This document shows, in pieces, positions 1 to 13,014 of a stretch of 64,000 nucleotides of DNA (position 1 is the stretch's first letter; the number at the start of each line of letters is the position of its first letter). The position numbers and the translations under genes are program-made. Source of the DNA: Pecten maximus (Eukaryota); contig NC_047017.1 of the NCBI RefSeq assembly GCF_902652985.1, positions 31,620,001-31,684,000 of the forward strand. Direction: 5' to 3'. The notes beneath the pieces were generated by a model. The model was not told the origin of the DNA. It saw only the letters and a list, made by a program, of their open reading frames with translations, and did not search any database.

Positions 1-137
1 GTTGTTGATCAAATGTTATGAGCCATGTGTACTGCTGGTTGTTCTAGTTGTTCTATACACAATACATCTTTGCTGTTCTTCTAATGATATGCTATAAAAG
101 TGGCCTTAAAATGTAAGGCAAACCATGGTAGATTGAA

Positions 138-983
138 TTGTGTTACCTGTCGATAAACAGTAGGTAGATAAATAGTGTTACCTGTCTATAAACAGTAGGT
201 AGGTAGATAAATTGTGTTACCTGTCTATAAACAGTAGGTAGGTAGATAAATTGTGTTACCTGTCTATAAACAGTAGGTAGGTAGATAAATTGTGTTACCT
301 GTCTATAAACAGTAGGTAGATAAATTGTGTTACCTGTCTATAAACAGAAGGTAGATAAATTGTGTTACCTGTCTATAAACAGTAGGTAGGTAGATAAATT
401 GTGTTACCTGTCTATAAACAGTAGGTAGATCAATTGTGTTACCTGTCTATAAACAGTAGGTAGGTAGATAAATTGTGTTACCTGTCTATAAAAAGTAGGT
501 AGATCAATTGTGTTACCTGTCTATAAACAGTAGGTAGATAAATTGTGTTACCTGTCTATAAACAGTAGGTAGGTAGATAAATTGTGTTACCTGTCTATAA
601 ACAGTAGGTAGATCAATTGTGTTACCTGTCTATAAACAGTAGGTAGGTAGATAAATTGTGTTACCTGTCTATAAAAAGTAGGTAGATAAATTGTGTTACC
701 TGTCTATAAACAGTTACCTGTCTATAAAAAGTAGGTAGATAAATTGTGTTACCTGTCTATAAACAGTAGGTAGATAAATTGTGTTACCTGTCTATACACA
801 GTAGGTAGGTAGATAAATTGTGTTACCTGTCTATTAACAGTAGGTAGATACATTGTGTTACCTGTCTATAACAGTAGGTAGGTAGATAAATTGTGTTACC
901 TGTCTATAAACAGTAGGTAGGTAGATAAATTGTGTTACCTGTCTATAAACAGTAGGTAGGTAGATAAATTGTGTTACCTGTCT
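138..983. repeat. 35/39-bp minisatellite (about 23 units) that includes the donor site of TTLL exon 1056-978
   Basis: Unit ttgtgttacctgtctataaacagtaggt[aggt]agataaa; on the minus strand each unit reads ...AGACAG|GTAACAC. Confidence 0.95.
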
Positions 984-3900
984 GCTCGAGATAGGTATCC
1001 AAAGTCTCCTTACATGTATACATTCCATCATCATATATATTCTTTAGCGATGGCATCTGTACAAAAAAGAAATATCAAAAGTAAATAACTCTCCCCTTAT
1101 TGTGAATAAATCCTTACCTTGTGAGACTAAATCTAAGATACTTTTAGGATCGACAGTGACAGATTGATTTGCAGACCTACCTCCCAGACTGGAGTGTAGT
1201 TATCATCAACCACATACTTCTTTGTGTTGGTGGGATCAAATGGATGATAATCCGCAGCACAGAATCTGTAAGTAAAGGCACCATTTATAACTAATAGTAG
1301 TTAATTGAGGCCTTTAACAGAATACGTTAGCAGAGGTAGGATACTGATGTTGTAGATGCTGTATGAAGTATTGCTACCTCTCAAAATCTATCAGAATTTC
1401 ATGTAGGTACTGTTTCTTTTTCAATAAAATCTGGACCAAAGTAATCCAAATCTCCATTTTTGTCAAGAGAGTTGCACACTGATGGTCTAATTACATTGTT
1501 TTTATACTGTAATTATTCATGTATAGTGGGCAGGTATGGTTTTTGAGGTTCATTTTCAAAATACATTTTTTTACATGTTTATTATTAAACTGCAAAGAAG
1601 CTGAACTCAATTTTTGAAAAAAAAGTGTGTACTACATGTGTGTATATGCGGATATTTACGGTAGTTTATGAGAAACTTATCTAAATGCAACTTCAAAATT
1701 TGTACCCCAACATTAAATACTATATGAACTCACATCAGCAAAACCTCTCCTTCAATAATATACCTACCTTAGCAGAACCTCTCCTTCAATAATATACCTA
1801 CCTTAGCAGAACCTCTCCTTCAATGATGTACCTACCTTAGCAGAACCTCTCCTTCAATAATATACCTACCTTAGCAGAACCTCTCCTTCAATAATATACC
1901 TACCTTAGCAGAACCTCTCCTTCAATAATATACCTACCTTAGCAGAACCTCTCCTTCAATAATATACCTACCTTAGCAGAACCTCTCCTTCAATAATATA
2001 CCTACCTTAGCAGAACCTCTCCTTCAATAATATACCTACCTAAGCAGAACCTCTCCTTCAATAATATACTTACCTTAGCAGAACCTCTCCTTCAATAATA
2101 TACCTACCTTAGCAGAACCTCTCCTTCAATGATGTACCTACCTTAGCAGAACCTCTCCTTCAATAATATACCTACCTTAGCAGAACCTCTCCTTCCACGA
2201 TGTATACTCTGAGAGGGTCAATAGAAGTCAAGATTGTGTACACACCAATGTCAAACTTTCTACAAAGAAGAAATCAAGTTACATGGTATTTCCTCATTAT
2301 ATGTTTATATTTTATGTGATGTTTGTTCCAGGTAAGTGAAACAAAACTGTCTAGTTTTTGTTGAAAAAATCAAACACTAATTATATACATGTACCTAGTT
2401 GAAAATAGGAGCACCATTTACTTGATCATTTATTAATCAATATCTCCTGAAAGTGTTTTAAGCCAACACAGTTCCAGAAATGTCATTTCAAGCAACATAA
2501 CCAAATTATACTTTTTGACACAGATCGCAGTGACCCTGAAGTTAAGCCCTTTCATTTTAATGATTGTAGAATCCCATCCAAGCCCCTTTAATTCAATCTT
2601 CAATTTAAACAATTTTGAATTCCCAATATCAAAGAAAGTTTCAGTCAAAATAAGGTAAAATTTCTTTCATATTTTTGCATAAGTCATTTAAGAAAAAGGC
2701 TGCTAGACAATACAAGAGCTGTTGGAGAACAGCATAGCTCGTCTCGCAAATGTTTGTCAATAAATAATTAAAATATATTAATTGGAATGGTTTCGCAAAT
2801 TGCATTAATAACATTTATATTGTTTACTTGATCAGATTATGTTTTGTGAATTCATGCAATTTTCAAAACCATACCAATTTATATATATATATAAATTATT
2901 TATTGAAAAACATTTTGGAGACAACCTATGCTGTTGTAGATTAAATGAAGATATTAAACACAAATGTAATTGCTTTTGGACATATTTCTTCAATTTTTTG
3001 ACAACATATCCTAATGAGAGTTGTCTCCCTTGAAAAATGTGGACCGGTATAAATTGTCTATTGTGACGTTTTCATATTGTTTTATATTCAGTTTCACCCC
3101 AAGAAAGGATAGTGTAACTCCATAGGGACTCTTTCACCAAATATCAGCACCTTAGTACAATCATAAAGTGATGTGTTAAAAAGCTTTCAACATTTGCACG
3201 AATTTAAAAAAAAAAAAATGTGTTTTTTCCTCAAAAAATATTTCAGTTTAACTCAGGAAAGGGATAGTTTAACCCCCACAGGGAACCTAATACCATGTAT
3301 TAATATGCCTTTCAACACTCACAATATAAACTTAACACAAAGTCCAAAGATTTAAAAACAAAAAAACACAGATTTAAAAAGAAAAAATCCAATTTCTTTT
3401 TAAAGTTTTACTCCAGGAAGGGATTGTCTTACTCTCTAGGGACTCTATTGCCAAATATCAGCACCCTTGTACAATTATATAGTGATGTATTAAAACCTCT
3501 TAACACTTGCACCAAAAACTTAACGCAGAAATATTCTAAGTCCAAAAATTTGATAATTCTGGTTATTTCCCCAAAAAACCTTTTAGTTTAACTCCGGCAG
3601 GGGATAGTTTAACCCAAGAGGGAGTTTATTACTAACTATCAGCACCCTAGTACAATTATAAAGTGATTTATTAATACCTTTCAACACTTGCACCAAAAAC
3701 TTAACGCAGAAATATTCTAAGTCCAAAAATTTGAAAATTCTAGTTTTTTCTAAAAAAAATCTTTTAGTTTAACTCTGGCAGGGGATAGTCCAACCCCAGA
3801 GGGACTCTATTGTCAATTATCAGCACCCTAGTACAATTATAAAGTGATGAATTAATACCTTTCAACACTCGCACCAAAAACTTAACGCAAAATTTTTCTA

Positions 3901-6900
3901 AGTCCAACAATTTTCAAAAATCTGTTTTTTTTCCCCAAAAAATCATTTAGTTTAACTCCGTCAGGGGATAGTTTGACCCCCACATGGACCATATTACCAT
4001 AAATTACTATGCCTTTCAACACTGGCACCAAAATTAACATTTAGAAAACCAACACCGACGCCGACGCCTACGCCGGAGTGACAACATAAGCTCTCACTCT
4101 TCTTCGAAGAGACGAGCTAATATGACAAGACAAATTTTGGACCAGTTTAGTTATCACCAAACCATCATGGTCAAATCTAATAATAAAACATCCAGTTTAT
4201 GAATATTTGTATTGTCCTAACACTTAACTTGTTTAATTACCTTTATGTACACACATTAAACAGATCTTACCTTTTATCAATAAGAAATGGTTTGTCTACA
4301 TATTCTTGAACAAATGAGCCATCATTTGCCAAATCTAAATCTGTAATAAAAAAAAAGACGGAACCATACAGCCAGATCAATTTTCCCGCCAGTTAAAAAG
4401 AAGCACTAAACCCCAACATCCCAAAGTATTCCAAGCATTATACCCCAACATCACAAAGTATTCCAAGCATTATACCCCAACATCACAAAGTATTCCAAGC
4501 ATTATACCCCAACATCACAAAGTATTCCAAGCATTATACCCCAACATCACAAAGTATTCCAAGCATTATACCCCAACATCACAAAGTATTCCAAGCATTA
4601 TACCCTAACATCACAAAGTATTCCAAGCATTATACCCTAACATCACAAAGTATACCAAGCATTATACCCCAACATCACAAAGTATACCAAGCATTATACC
4701 CCAACATCACAAAGTATTCCAAGCATTATACCCTAACATCACAAAGTATTCCAAGCATTATACCCTAACATCACAAAGTATACCAAGCATTATACCCCAA
4801 CATCACAAAGTATACCAAGCATTATACCCCAACATCACAAAGTATACCAAGAAATCCTCATATAACATTTGATTAAAAGTCGAGATGATAAATGAAATAC
4901 GTACCTTTGATTTTCTTTATCTTGATTCCCCGGTGACTATTACGCTTCTGTACCCACAGTTTCTCTGGGTGTTGCTGTGTCTGAAAGTTTCAGTGACATT
5001 AAAACCAATAAACCACAAAAAACTCTATTTCTCTGCAATACATATGAATTCTCTGCCATTTGATCTGCCATGTACTGGACTACTTACTTCAAGTACTGTT
5101 GGCACAGAAGTTAGAATAAGTATTGAACAGACTGAATTAAAGTAAAGAATAATATTATATAAATAATAATTCTTCTGTATATATGTAAAAATGTCAACAG
5201 AGGCCTTTCACGAATGTTGTCAATGGTGTGTTCCTTATCATGTAAATACTCACATATTTGAGAAACGTGTCTTTCTCTGATGGTATTTTGAAGGCTTTAG
5301 GGATGTATGAGATGGAGGAGGTGGCCAGACTGACTTTGTTGGTGATGTACCCAGTACCTGGAAAATGGTTCACCTGTAACAAAATATAAAGGTACTACAG
5401 GGTTCCATCAACTTTTATTGATAAGCTTAAATTGTAAACAGATTTTAATGATGTAATACATTAGAAAACACTAATATTAATACTCCTTGTTAGTTTGGAT
5501 CACACCATGTAGTTGTCTGAATTTTATCTTGTCACTGATCATGACGATAGACAATAGTGTTACTTTTAGAGTGGTGACATGTACAGTAGCGGTGTCATCA
5601 ACATTTCTCATTAAATTTTTGTATTCAGATCAAACTTGGTATATAGTTAGATCACATAGTACATAGTGGACATCTCAATACATCCTTCATTTATGAAGAA
5701 TCATCCAGAATTTATGATTCAGTGACTCTGAAATTTAGGGATGCTGGGAATCTTGATTTTGACAGTTTTGTGCTCAGCTAACCTTCTCAAAAAATATCAA
5801 TGTTATTCCATCCAGACTGGGACTATAGTTGTATTGTTGTATGGACATCTCAACACACCCAATACATTACATGAATTTTTTTGTTGTTGTATTTTTGGGT
5901 TAAAAACCTTATAAAATCTTTATTGATTCTCCAATTTATATGAACATTGAAGATATTGACTGCAAATTCGTCTTGTTTATATATCTTTTCAGACAGTCAT
6001 ATAACAACATATTCACTTAAAAACAAAATCCTGATTGGCTTAATTGATAATTGTAGCATCTGTTACTGTATATATACAATACAACTAATATCATAGCTGA
6101 TACACAAAACATAAATTTGTTTGTTTGCTGGGTTTAACGCCCAATGAACAGCTTAGAGGGTCATTTTGAGGCAGAGTCTCCTTGAAGTAGTTTGTGACTA
6201 CCTGACTAAACAAAATACAGCAGGCCTGTCACATGCCATCCAGAGCAATTAAGGTCAAGTGTCTTGCTTAAGGACACAACCACGACAGCACCGACCGGCC
6301 TGTTTCTCAGCTTCCTGAGAAACACAAACTGACACAGGTTGAGAGCATCAAACCTCTCTCCTCAGATCTTCACCTGAGGTTACAATGGCTGGTGTTCTCA
6401 CAGAATGAACTATCTTGGCCCTAAAACTTAAGACACACTTTTCATTTAATATGCTGTAGCATATAAATCATTGATGGTAGTTACCCTTTGATGAGGTTTA
6501 AGATCTGCCAATTTCTTGGACAAAGTTTCAAATGGATATTCGTGTGACCAGAGGACATCCCACTTAGACTCGCTGTCACCAACAGCATACCCAATTCTGT
6601 CAAACACTGTGAACACATGCTTCAGGTAGCCTGTTCCTAGCTGGTAACAAAAATATTAATTTATTTATAAATTTCATAATAAGACATTTTTTTAAAATAG
6701 TTTATACTCTAATGACAAGTATTCATTAATCAACACAATACCTTGCCCTACAAAATCAATTATTTGATCACCATGGTATTTAAAAACATCAGTACAATGA
6801 GGATGAGCATTGATAATATCTATATGTTAAAATTCTCTTTTAAGGCTCTTTTAGATGTCAGTAGAAATAAGGCATTGTTACATGTTTTCCTTCCACCCAT

Positions 6901-7752
6901 ACAACAGGTTGCTTGGATCCAAATGTTCCTGTTTTCCCCTCTGTCGCTGGTTGAATATGAATCATGTGGTCTTCCTTCATCTTGTGTAGTTCGTAGATGT
7001 TAAGGATGGTGAGGATGATTCCAAATCCTAAAACTACGCTAGCTGCTGTTATTAATTTCCCCGGACCTCGAGATCTACGATGTTGGGGCGGATTATACAT
7101 GAAATTCTGAGGAAACAAATATCAGGTACAGGTAACTTAACTAAATTAAAGGACAATTAACAAATCACCATGATTACTTTACCATAACAACATTGATGTT
7201 TTAGTGTCTCAAGCGACAGAACAACGATATATCAGGTAACAAGTCTAGTCGTATATTATATACTCGACCAGGGACCAGTACTTACCGCATATGCATCAGT
7301 ATGGAATGGAAAGGTGTACAAATTGCCTTAACACCACAGGCACATATGGACAAACTATATGTAAATTGCTAAAGTCAGTTAAGAAGGTGTAAAGATTGGA
7401 AAGTGCCCATTTATATAAGTTACATGTTTCCACTTGTATTTGTAATAATAGTTTGGTTTTTTTTTAATTGAGAAAAAATAACTTTTGACAAGCAATAACA
7501 GATTACAAAGTTCCTGATACATACATTGTTTCTGTGTAAAAATCTAGTATGATGAAGTCACATCAATTTTAAATTAAATTTAATAGATTACAAAGAAAGT
7601 ACATTTTATTTTCATGCATTGTATAAATTCACTCTATTAAGACATGAAATATATACACTTGTACATTGATTTTCACATGTCTACTGACACTAGTAATAAT
7701 TAACATATTATTGTGTACTTACATATGATGGAATCTTTTGAGAATAATCCAT
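978..7752 (-). CDS. ttll-15: TTLL15-like (probable tubulin polyglutamylase ttll-15 family) ATP-grasp ligase, 5' part; continues beyond the left edge
   Basis: Nine phase-consistent GT-AG exons: 7752-7723 (MDYSQKIPSY, least certain), 7106-6882, 6640-6485 (LGTGYLKHVFTVFDRIGY..WDVLWSHEYPF..LKPHQR), 5373-5254 (VNHFPGTGYITNKVSLATS..YIPKAF), 4980-4905 (WVQKRNSHRGIKI), 4340-4271 (FVQEYVDKPFLIDK), 2259-2176 (RKFDIGVYTILTSIDPLRVY..LLR), 1265-1181 (FCAADYHPFD..KYVVDDNYTPVWE), 1056-978 (MPSL..). VNHFPG, QEYV.KP.LID.RKFD.GVY and LRFC are TTL/TTLL motifs. HRGI and KYVV.D.Y.P.WE.PSL match the invertebrate TTLL15 type as I recall it. Confidence 0.9.
1737..2195. repeat. 34-bp minisatellite (about 13 units) made of 20 nt of exon end plus 14 nt of intron start
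   Basis: Unit cctaccttagcagaacctctccttcaataatata; minus strand GAAGGAGAGGTTCTGCTAAG|GTAGGT matches the end of TTLL exon 2259-2176. Confidence 0.95.
2712..4121 (-). mobile_element. Non-autonomous Helentron-like (HINE/pearl-type) element
   Basis: Subterminal inverted repeats tagctcgtctc (2735) and gagacgagcta (4109), terminal hairpin gctgttggagaacagc, (gacgcc)n microsatellite near 4055, degenerate central tandem repeats of about 180 bp. Confidence 0.8.
4411..4850. repeat. 32-bp intronic minisatellite (about 14 units)
   Basis: Unit ccccaacatcacaaagtattccaagcattata. Confidence 0.95.
6117..6425 (-). mobile_element. tRNA-derived SINE (CORE/Meta-type), degenerate
   Basis: Minus strand carries the core-like box gtgtccttaagcaagacacttgacc and a ggcgttaaacccagcaaacaaac tail; a second homologous copy lies at 7929-8200. 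Confidence 0.65.
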
Positions 7753-7928
7753 TTTTCTACTATTTCTTTGTTTTTCTTTCTTTAAATTTCAAATGCTTAT
7801 ACCAGGAATAATGGACATAAAATCAAATCTGTAAAGAAAAATAATAAGTATTACAGATATTCATTCTTAGTACAAATATAATACTGATACTGTATAGTAG
7901 AGATAACAAGAGAGACCTCTCTGGTGGT

Positions 7929-8200
7929 GGTTTGTTTGTTTGTTTTGCTGGGTTTATCGCCTCATGAATATATAGCCAGGGTCATTTTGAGGAGGAATCT
8001 CCATGTAGTAGTTGGTGACTACCTCAATGAACAATGTATGGCTGGCCCGTTTCATGCCAACCAGAGCAATTAGGATAGATTGTCTTTCCCAAGGACACAA
8101 CCATGATACAGACAAGTTTGTTTCTCAACTTCCCATGAAAAAAAACATGACATACATATGTAGGTAGGGAGCTGGTGGTGGTGGTTCTCCTTAATAGGAG
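7929..8200 (-). mobile_element. Second copy of the same SINE family
   Basis: (gttt)n tail, then gggtcattttgagg, gtagttggtgactacct, ccagagcaattagg and ccaaggacacaacca, all aligning with 6117-6330. Confidence 0.65.
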
Positions 8201-8258
8201 AGATCTAAGAGAACAGAACATTGCACCCTTGCCTAAGATATCAATATCTTCTCAACTG

Positions 8259-8415
8259 TTTCCATTTAAAAAAGATCAATTAAAAAAAACCAGTGCCCAC
8301 GAGTCTATTTCCATTTAAAAAAGATCAATTAAAAAAAAACAGTTACCCACGAGTCTATTTCCATTTAAAAAAGATCAATTAAAAAAAACCAGTTGCCCAC
8401 GAGTCTATTTCCATT
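8259..8415. repeat. Tandem repeat of about 49 bp, 3 copies
   Basis: tttccatttaaaaaagatcaattaaaaaaaaccagttgcccacgagtcta. Confidence 0.85.
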
Positions 8416-8649
8416 GTTTCATGAACAAGTTCAGAGCTTTTTCTGAGGGCTTTTTGGGACCGTTGGAACTCGCCACTTTTGTCTTTCTTTACCCTCGCCA
8501 AAATACAGCTTACATTTTAAGACACTGATCATGACCATGTATTCTCTATATGTACATGTACACTGATATAGGCCTCTGCTCACAGTTTATGAAAATATGA
8601 AAGGCTTGCAACATTGCCTCGTCCGTTGCCCACTTTCTTTAAAGAAACA

Positions 8650-9700
8650 TGTATACGTTCAGTTAACTTACGTTACACTTGACTGGTTCTTACGAAATAC
8701 TAACAGTCAGAAATGATGACAATCTGCAAGTTCATCCATCCGGGAGGAGATCATCTGATGTCCGACTGTACCCCATAACAAGTGATGTCGATACTGGCCT
8801 AATATTTCAAATTACTTTTTCACTATAAAAACAGTAAGAAGCAATTGAATAGCAAATATTACCGTTTTCACTCATCTTATTGTGGCTGTGCCTCTTCTGT
8901 CGTCAGTATTTATCATAATCTCAAAACGTGAAACTTTTGAATCGACTGACAGTCAAACCGGATATAACTACTTTCATGCCTTCAAACTAAAGAGTTCCAC
9001 TAATAACGAGCAGACGCTAAAATGTTACGACGAAATGCCTACAGAATGTACACATGTCCTGATATTGAATCAAAGTAACAATAATGGTGAGTAAAATGTA
9101 AACATCCAATGAAGCTAAATGTGTACGAGATGGGATTGTCAACCATAGACAAAACATACAGATTCACATATATGATACGAGAAAGTTAATTAATTTAAGG
9201 ACATACTCGGGCTACTGTAAAAACGCTTGCGTTGTCGGTTGTTCACAGCAAAAGTAATGACACGAGGCCGTGTGAGTTTTATTAATTCATTTGTTATGTG
9301 TTACTTTCATTCATGCACGGCCCGCTCTCATTTGATCTCTATCTGATGTAAGAATGTCTATAAATCTTTCGAAATATTCTTTGAAATTTCGCGCCTCTGT
9401 TTAAAACATGTGTTTTGTTTGATGACGTCGCTATGGTGTCGACCCCGGGTCGATGACTGGCTTGCCTCTATCGATATGTAGTACACTGTGATAAGCTGAC
9501 AGGAACAACACCGTTTTATTGGATTACATGTGGAATAGCTGCTGGTGCATACTAGCTGGTTATTGATAATAATTTGATACCGTCCTTCAGATTCGTTTCA
9601 TTACCGACACTATATTGTATATATTGGACGTCGAATTAGCTAAATAACATGACGCTTTCTTGGTAATAATAGGACTGTCTTCAGCCAGGTAAGGAGACTA
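8650..9700. promoter_or_regulatory. Putative bidirectional promoter and non-coding first exons
   Basis: Local CpG enrichment; minus-strand donor-like sites near 8671 and 8862; plus-strand donor CAG|GTAAGG at 9688/9689; CRE-like TGACGTCG (9423) overlapping an imperfect X-box GTCGCTATGGTGTC (9427-9440). Confidence 0.5.
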
Positions 9701-11904
9701 TAAAACGTGAAATGATCAACAAATAATTGGCAGAGAGTGGCAACGTTAACAATTGTATCTATATTAACTTGATGGACACAGTCTTGGCAATATCTTAAGT
9801 AAATATTAGATTACTTTGAGTAACAAGTTTACCTGGCAGTGGGAGTATGAACAAAGTTTCTTATGTGAAACATTTTAATAATGTCACCGATATATATATA
9901 TATACTATATTTACTTAATGACATATTACTTTATTGAATGTTTCTTTAACATATATGTATCACAAATTTAAATTTGACTTGTTGTATCAAGTGAATATAG
10001 AGTGACATTCAGTTTTACTTCATTCAACAAAATCAACATAATAAAATTACAATTAAAATATAGGTATTACGGTATTTGACAAAATATATGCACCTACCCA
10101 CCTATTTCTAAAAGAAAAAACTTTTTTCACCTTGATGTAAAAAAAAATTCCCCTTGTAAAGGGTACATTTTATTAACCGAAGTCTCTATGTTTTTGTTTA
10201 CATATATATACTGTAGATATAAAATTTTATCATCAAGCCAAACTTCATAATCATATATGGATTTATCTTCATTTAATATCTGTCAAATCTGCTCTATTAC
10301 AGATTATGTCCACAGTTGGAGATTTTTGTAGAAAGAGGAACATTTTTGTGACCAGAAACTGAGAACTCTATAGTTTCATTATGCCAGGATTTCACGCCTG
10401 TAATAAACTTCTTAAGAAGTATGAAGAGGACAAAGCCTACCGGATACATAAAAAAAAGGTGAAATATTGTTTGAATACTTATCATTTCATTGCATTGACT
10501 TAAAAATGTTTTTGTTTAAAATACATATTTTCCATTTCTGGTTATTTTCTGTTTTGCAATCAGGATAGATTATCCTAAACAAAATTGTCAGGGTTTAGAA
10601 TACTTACAAATCTTGATACTTCACCGTTTTTATTTGCAAGTAAGCCCCTTCGTCATTTTTGTAGAATCATTAATCTTAAAATAGTTAGCCTAAATGAGTT
10701 CATAAAGCCCTCCGCAAACTTTTCTGCTTAAATTGTATCATTTTGGTAGTTGAGGGTGAGGCATAGTTCATTTATCCATTTAATTACAGGGATGAGGCTG
10801 GTTGGATCAATAAAGAATAATAATAAAGGTAGTCTGACCCACACAATATTTAACTGGTCTCCCAAAATCAATATCCAGTGAGTGGAAAAGAAAAATAACA
10901 TTACTACTAAAATGATTTAATATCCTTACCAGTACCACCATTACTGTTGCATATGCCACCCCTGTTACTCCAGGAAACATGCATGAAACTGTATCTTCAC
11001 ATCAGCGTAGAACTAAGAAGCTAAAGAGCTTAGGTTTACTACCATTACTGTCATCTCTGTGTCTGATCATATGATGTTAGTGTCTCGTGTCTTAAAACTT
11101 ACAATTCATTAAATAATAGTACTAGGATGCTGACCTTTCAGTCCACCGATTATAAGAAACAGTGATCCTCCAGTTTTCTGCATCAAGTAGTAGCTAGGAT
11201 ACAGAGTTTTGGCATGCAAGGTCTTCAGTTGTTGTGGCAGTGAGATATAACATTATAAGTCGCAATGATGCATGTGACACAACACAGGGTAAAGCTATTA
11301 TCATGTTTAGCTATTGTCTGTTTATCAACTTTACTTTCCCTGAAATTTATAGATGGAACAAAGTTTGGCCTTTTATCATTGTGCACAGTAAATATACAGG
11401 CTACCTCACATTTTTGGCTGTATGAGTGGAAGATTTACATTATCAATGTTTTATACCTGGCTCCTTTTACATTGTTGACTATCGTGTTGTTGTGGACATT
11501 TACAACCAACACTTAACTACCATTGACAGACTTGATATTGACAATACACATGTATTTATATGTCAGTGGCTATTGTATAGTGAAGAAGTACATCAACAGA
11601 GGCAGGTTTTTCAAATAATGAAATAGCTTAGTTTTTAGCCTTACTTATAATTCATGCTATACATTATGGTTTGTTGTGCAAAGTAGGTTTTTTTAACTTG
11701 TGTATTAATAGTTGTGAATTATAATGATTTGTTGTGTAGTTGGTTGTTGTGTGTTGCTGGTGGTGAATTTTACATTTAAAAAAAATTGTTTGCTGTTTGT
11801 TTGTTTTTGTCAGATACAATTCATGCATCATAAAATCAGATACAATGTATTATTCATGCACATGCCTAAGTTTCAGACAGCCCTAATGTGTATTCTGTAA
11901 AACA

Positions 11905-12210
11905 GTTTCACTGTCCAGAGAAATCCTTATGATTCTGTTAAACATTTTCAGTGTCCAAAGAAACCCAATGATTTTGTAAAACATTCTGTGTCCAGAGAGA
12001 CCCTAATGAATCTGTAAAATATTCCCAGTGTCCAGAGAAACCTTAATGAATCTGTAAAATATTCCCTGTGTCCAGAGAAAACTTAATGAATCTGTAAAAT
12101 ATTCCCAGTGTCCAGAGAAACCCTAATGAATCTGTAAAAATGTTCCCAGTGTCCAGAGAAACCTTAATGAATCTGTAAAACTTTCTCAGTGTCCAGAGAA
12201 ACCTAAATAA
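11905..12210. repeat. Degenerate minisatellite of about 40 bp
   Basis: gtgtccagagaaaccctaatgaatctgtaaaatattccca, about 7 copies. Confidence 0.85.
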
Positions 12211-13014
12211 AGCTAGTGTAAAATATTCTTGGTATCCAGAGATGTTGTAACCCCTATAAATATAAGACATACACTTTAAATGTGCACGGTATTGATTGAT
12301 ATCTACTGTACTGTACAGCAGGAAACACGTTATGTTTTTCATTAAATGTCTGTGGATGTATTAAAAATATCTATACCTATAATATGCTAATTAGGTTAGT
12401 ATCATTTATTCAGTATTATTGCTAGAAGTATGTATACCTATACCCAACACATACAATATTGTGATAATAACGAGTAGGACTGAATTATAAAATTTTTATA
12501 GATACTGATTAGATTGAGACTAAAATTATGTAGATGATATCACTGATATTGGTAAAATTGATTAAGGTTAGAAATGTTCATTATGTTGATTTAAACAAGA
12601 TGATTTTGAAGTATCTTTAGGTCTAGAAATTTGACTTACTTGCACATGAAGGATCTTCATCAGCTGTGTAACTATGGCGATTGATTGGTTTGTACCTGGA
12701 CATAATGATGTCAGTGTGGGCATAAACCATATCACAGCAAGTCTCTGGTAGTGTTCACAGTCCTATAATGCTGTTAGGTATTATAGGTAAATCCTTAATT
12801 TCATAGTGATCTTAAATGTAATGAGGGATTCTGGTATTATTTGATTTTATGAAGAAAACACACAGTGATTCTGTTATAAACAAAATTAATCCAATTACAA
12901 TAAGCAGCTGTTTATACAGTTAAATGTTGAGATAAAGCAATTATGACAAGACTAGGACTGATTGGTATATGTAATTTGATTTAACAGACTACTGTGTATG
13001 TGTAGTATTGGTAC

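Noticed and set aside
17-104. Possible next TTLL exon on the minus strand
   Set aside because: In the required phase it reaches TAA after about 28 codons and shows no TTLL similarity; the true exon is probably outside the window
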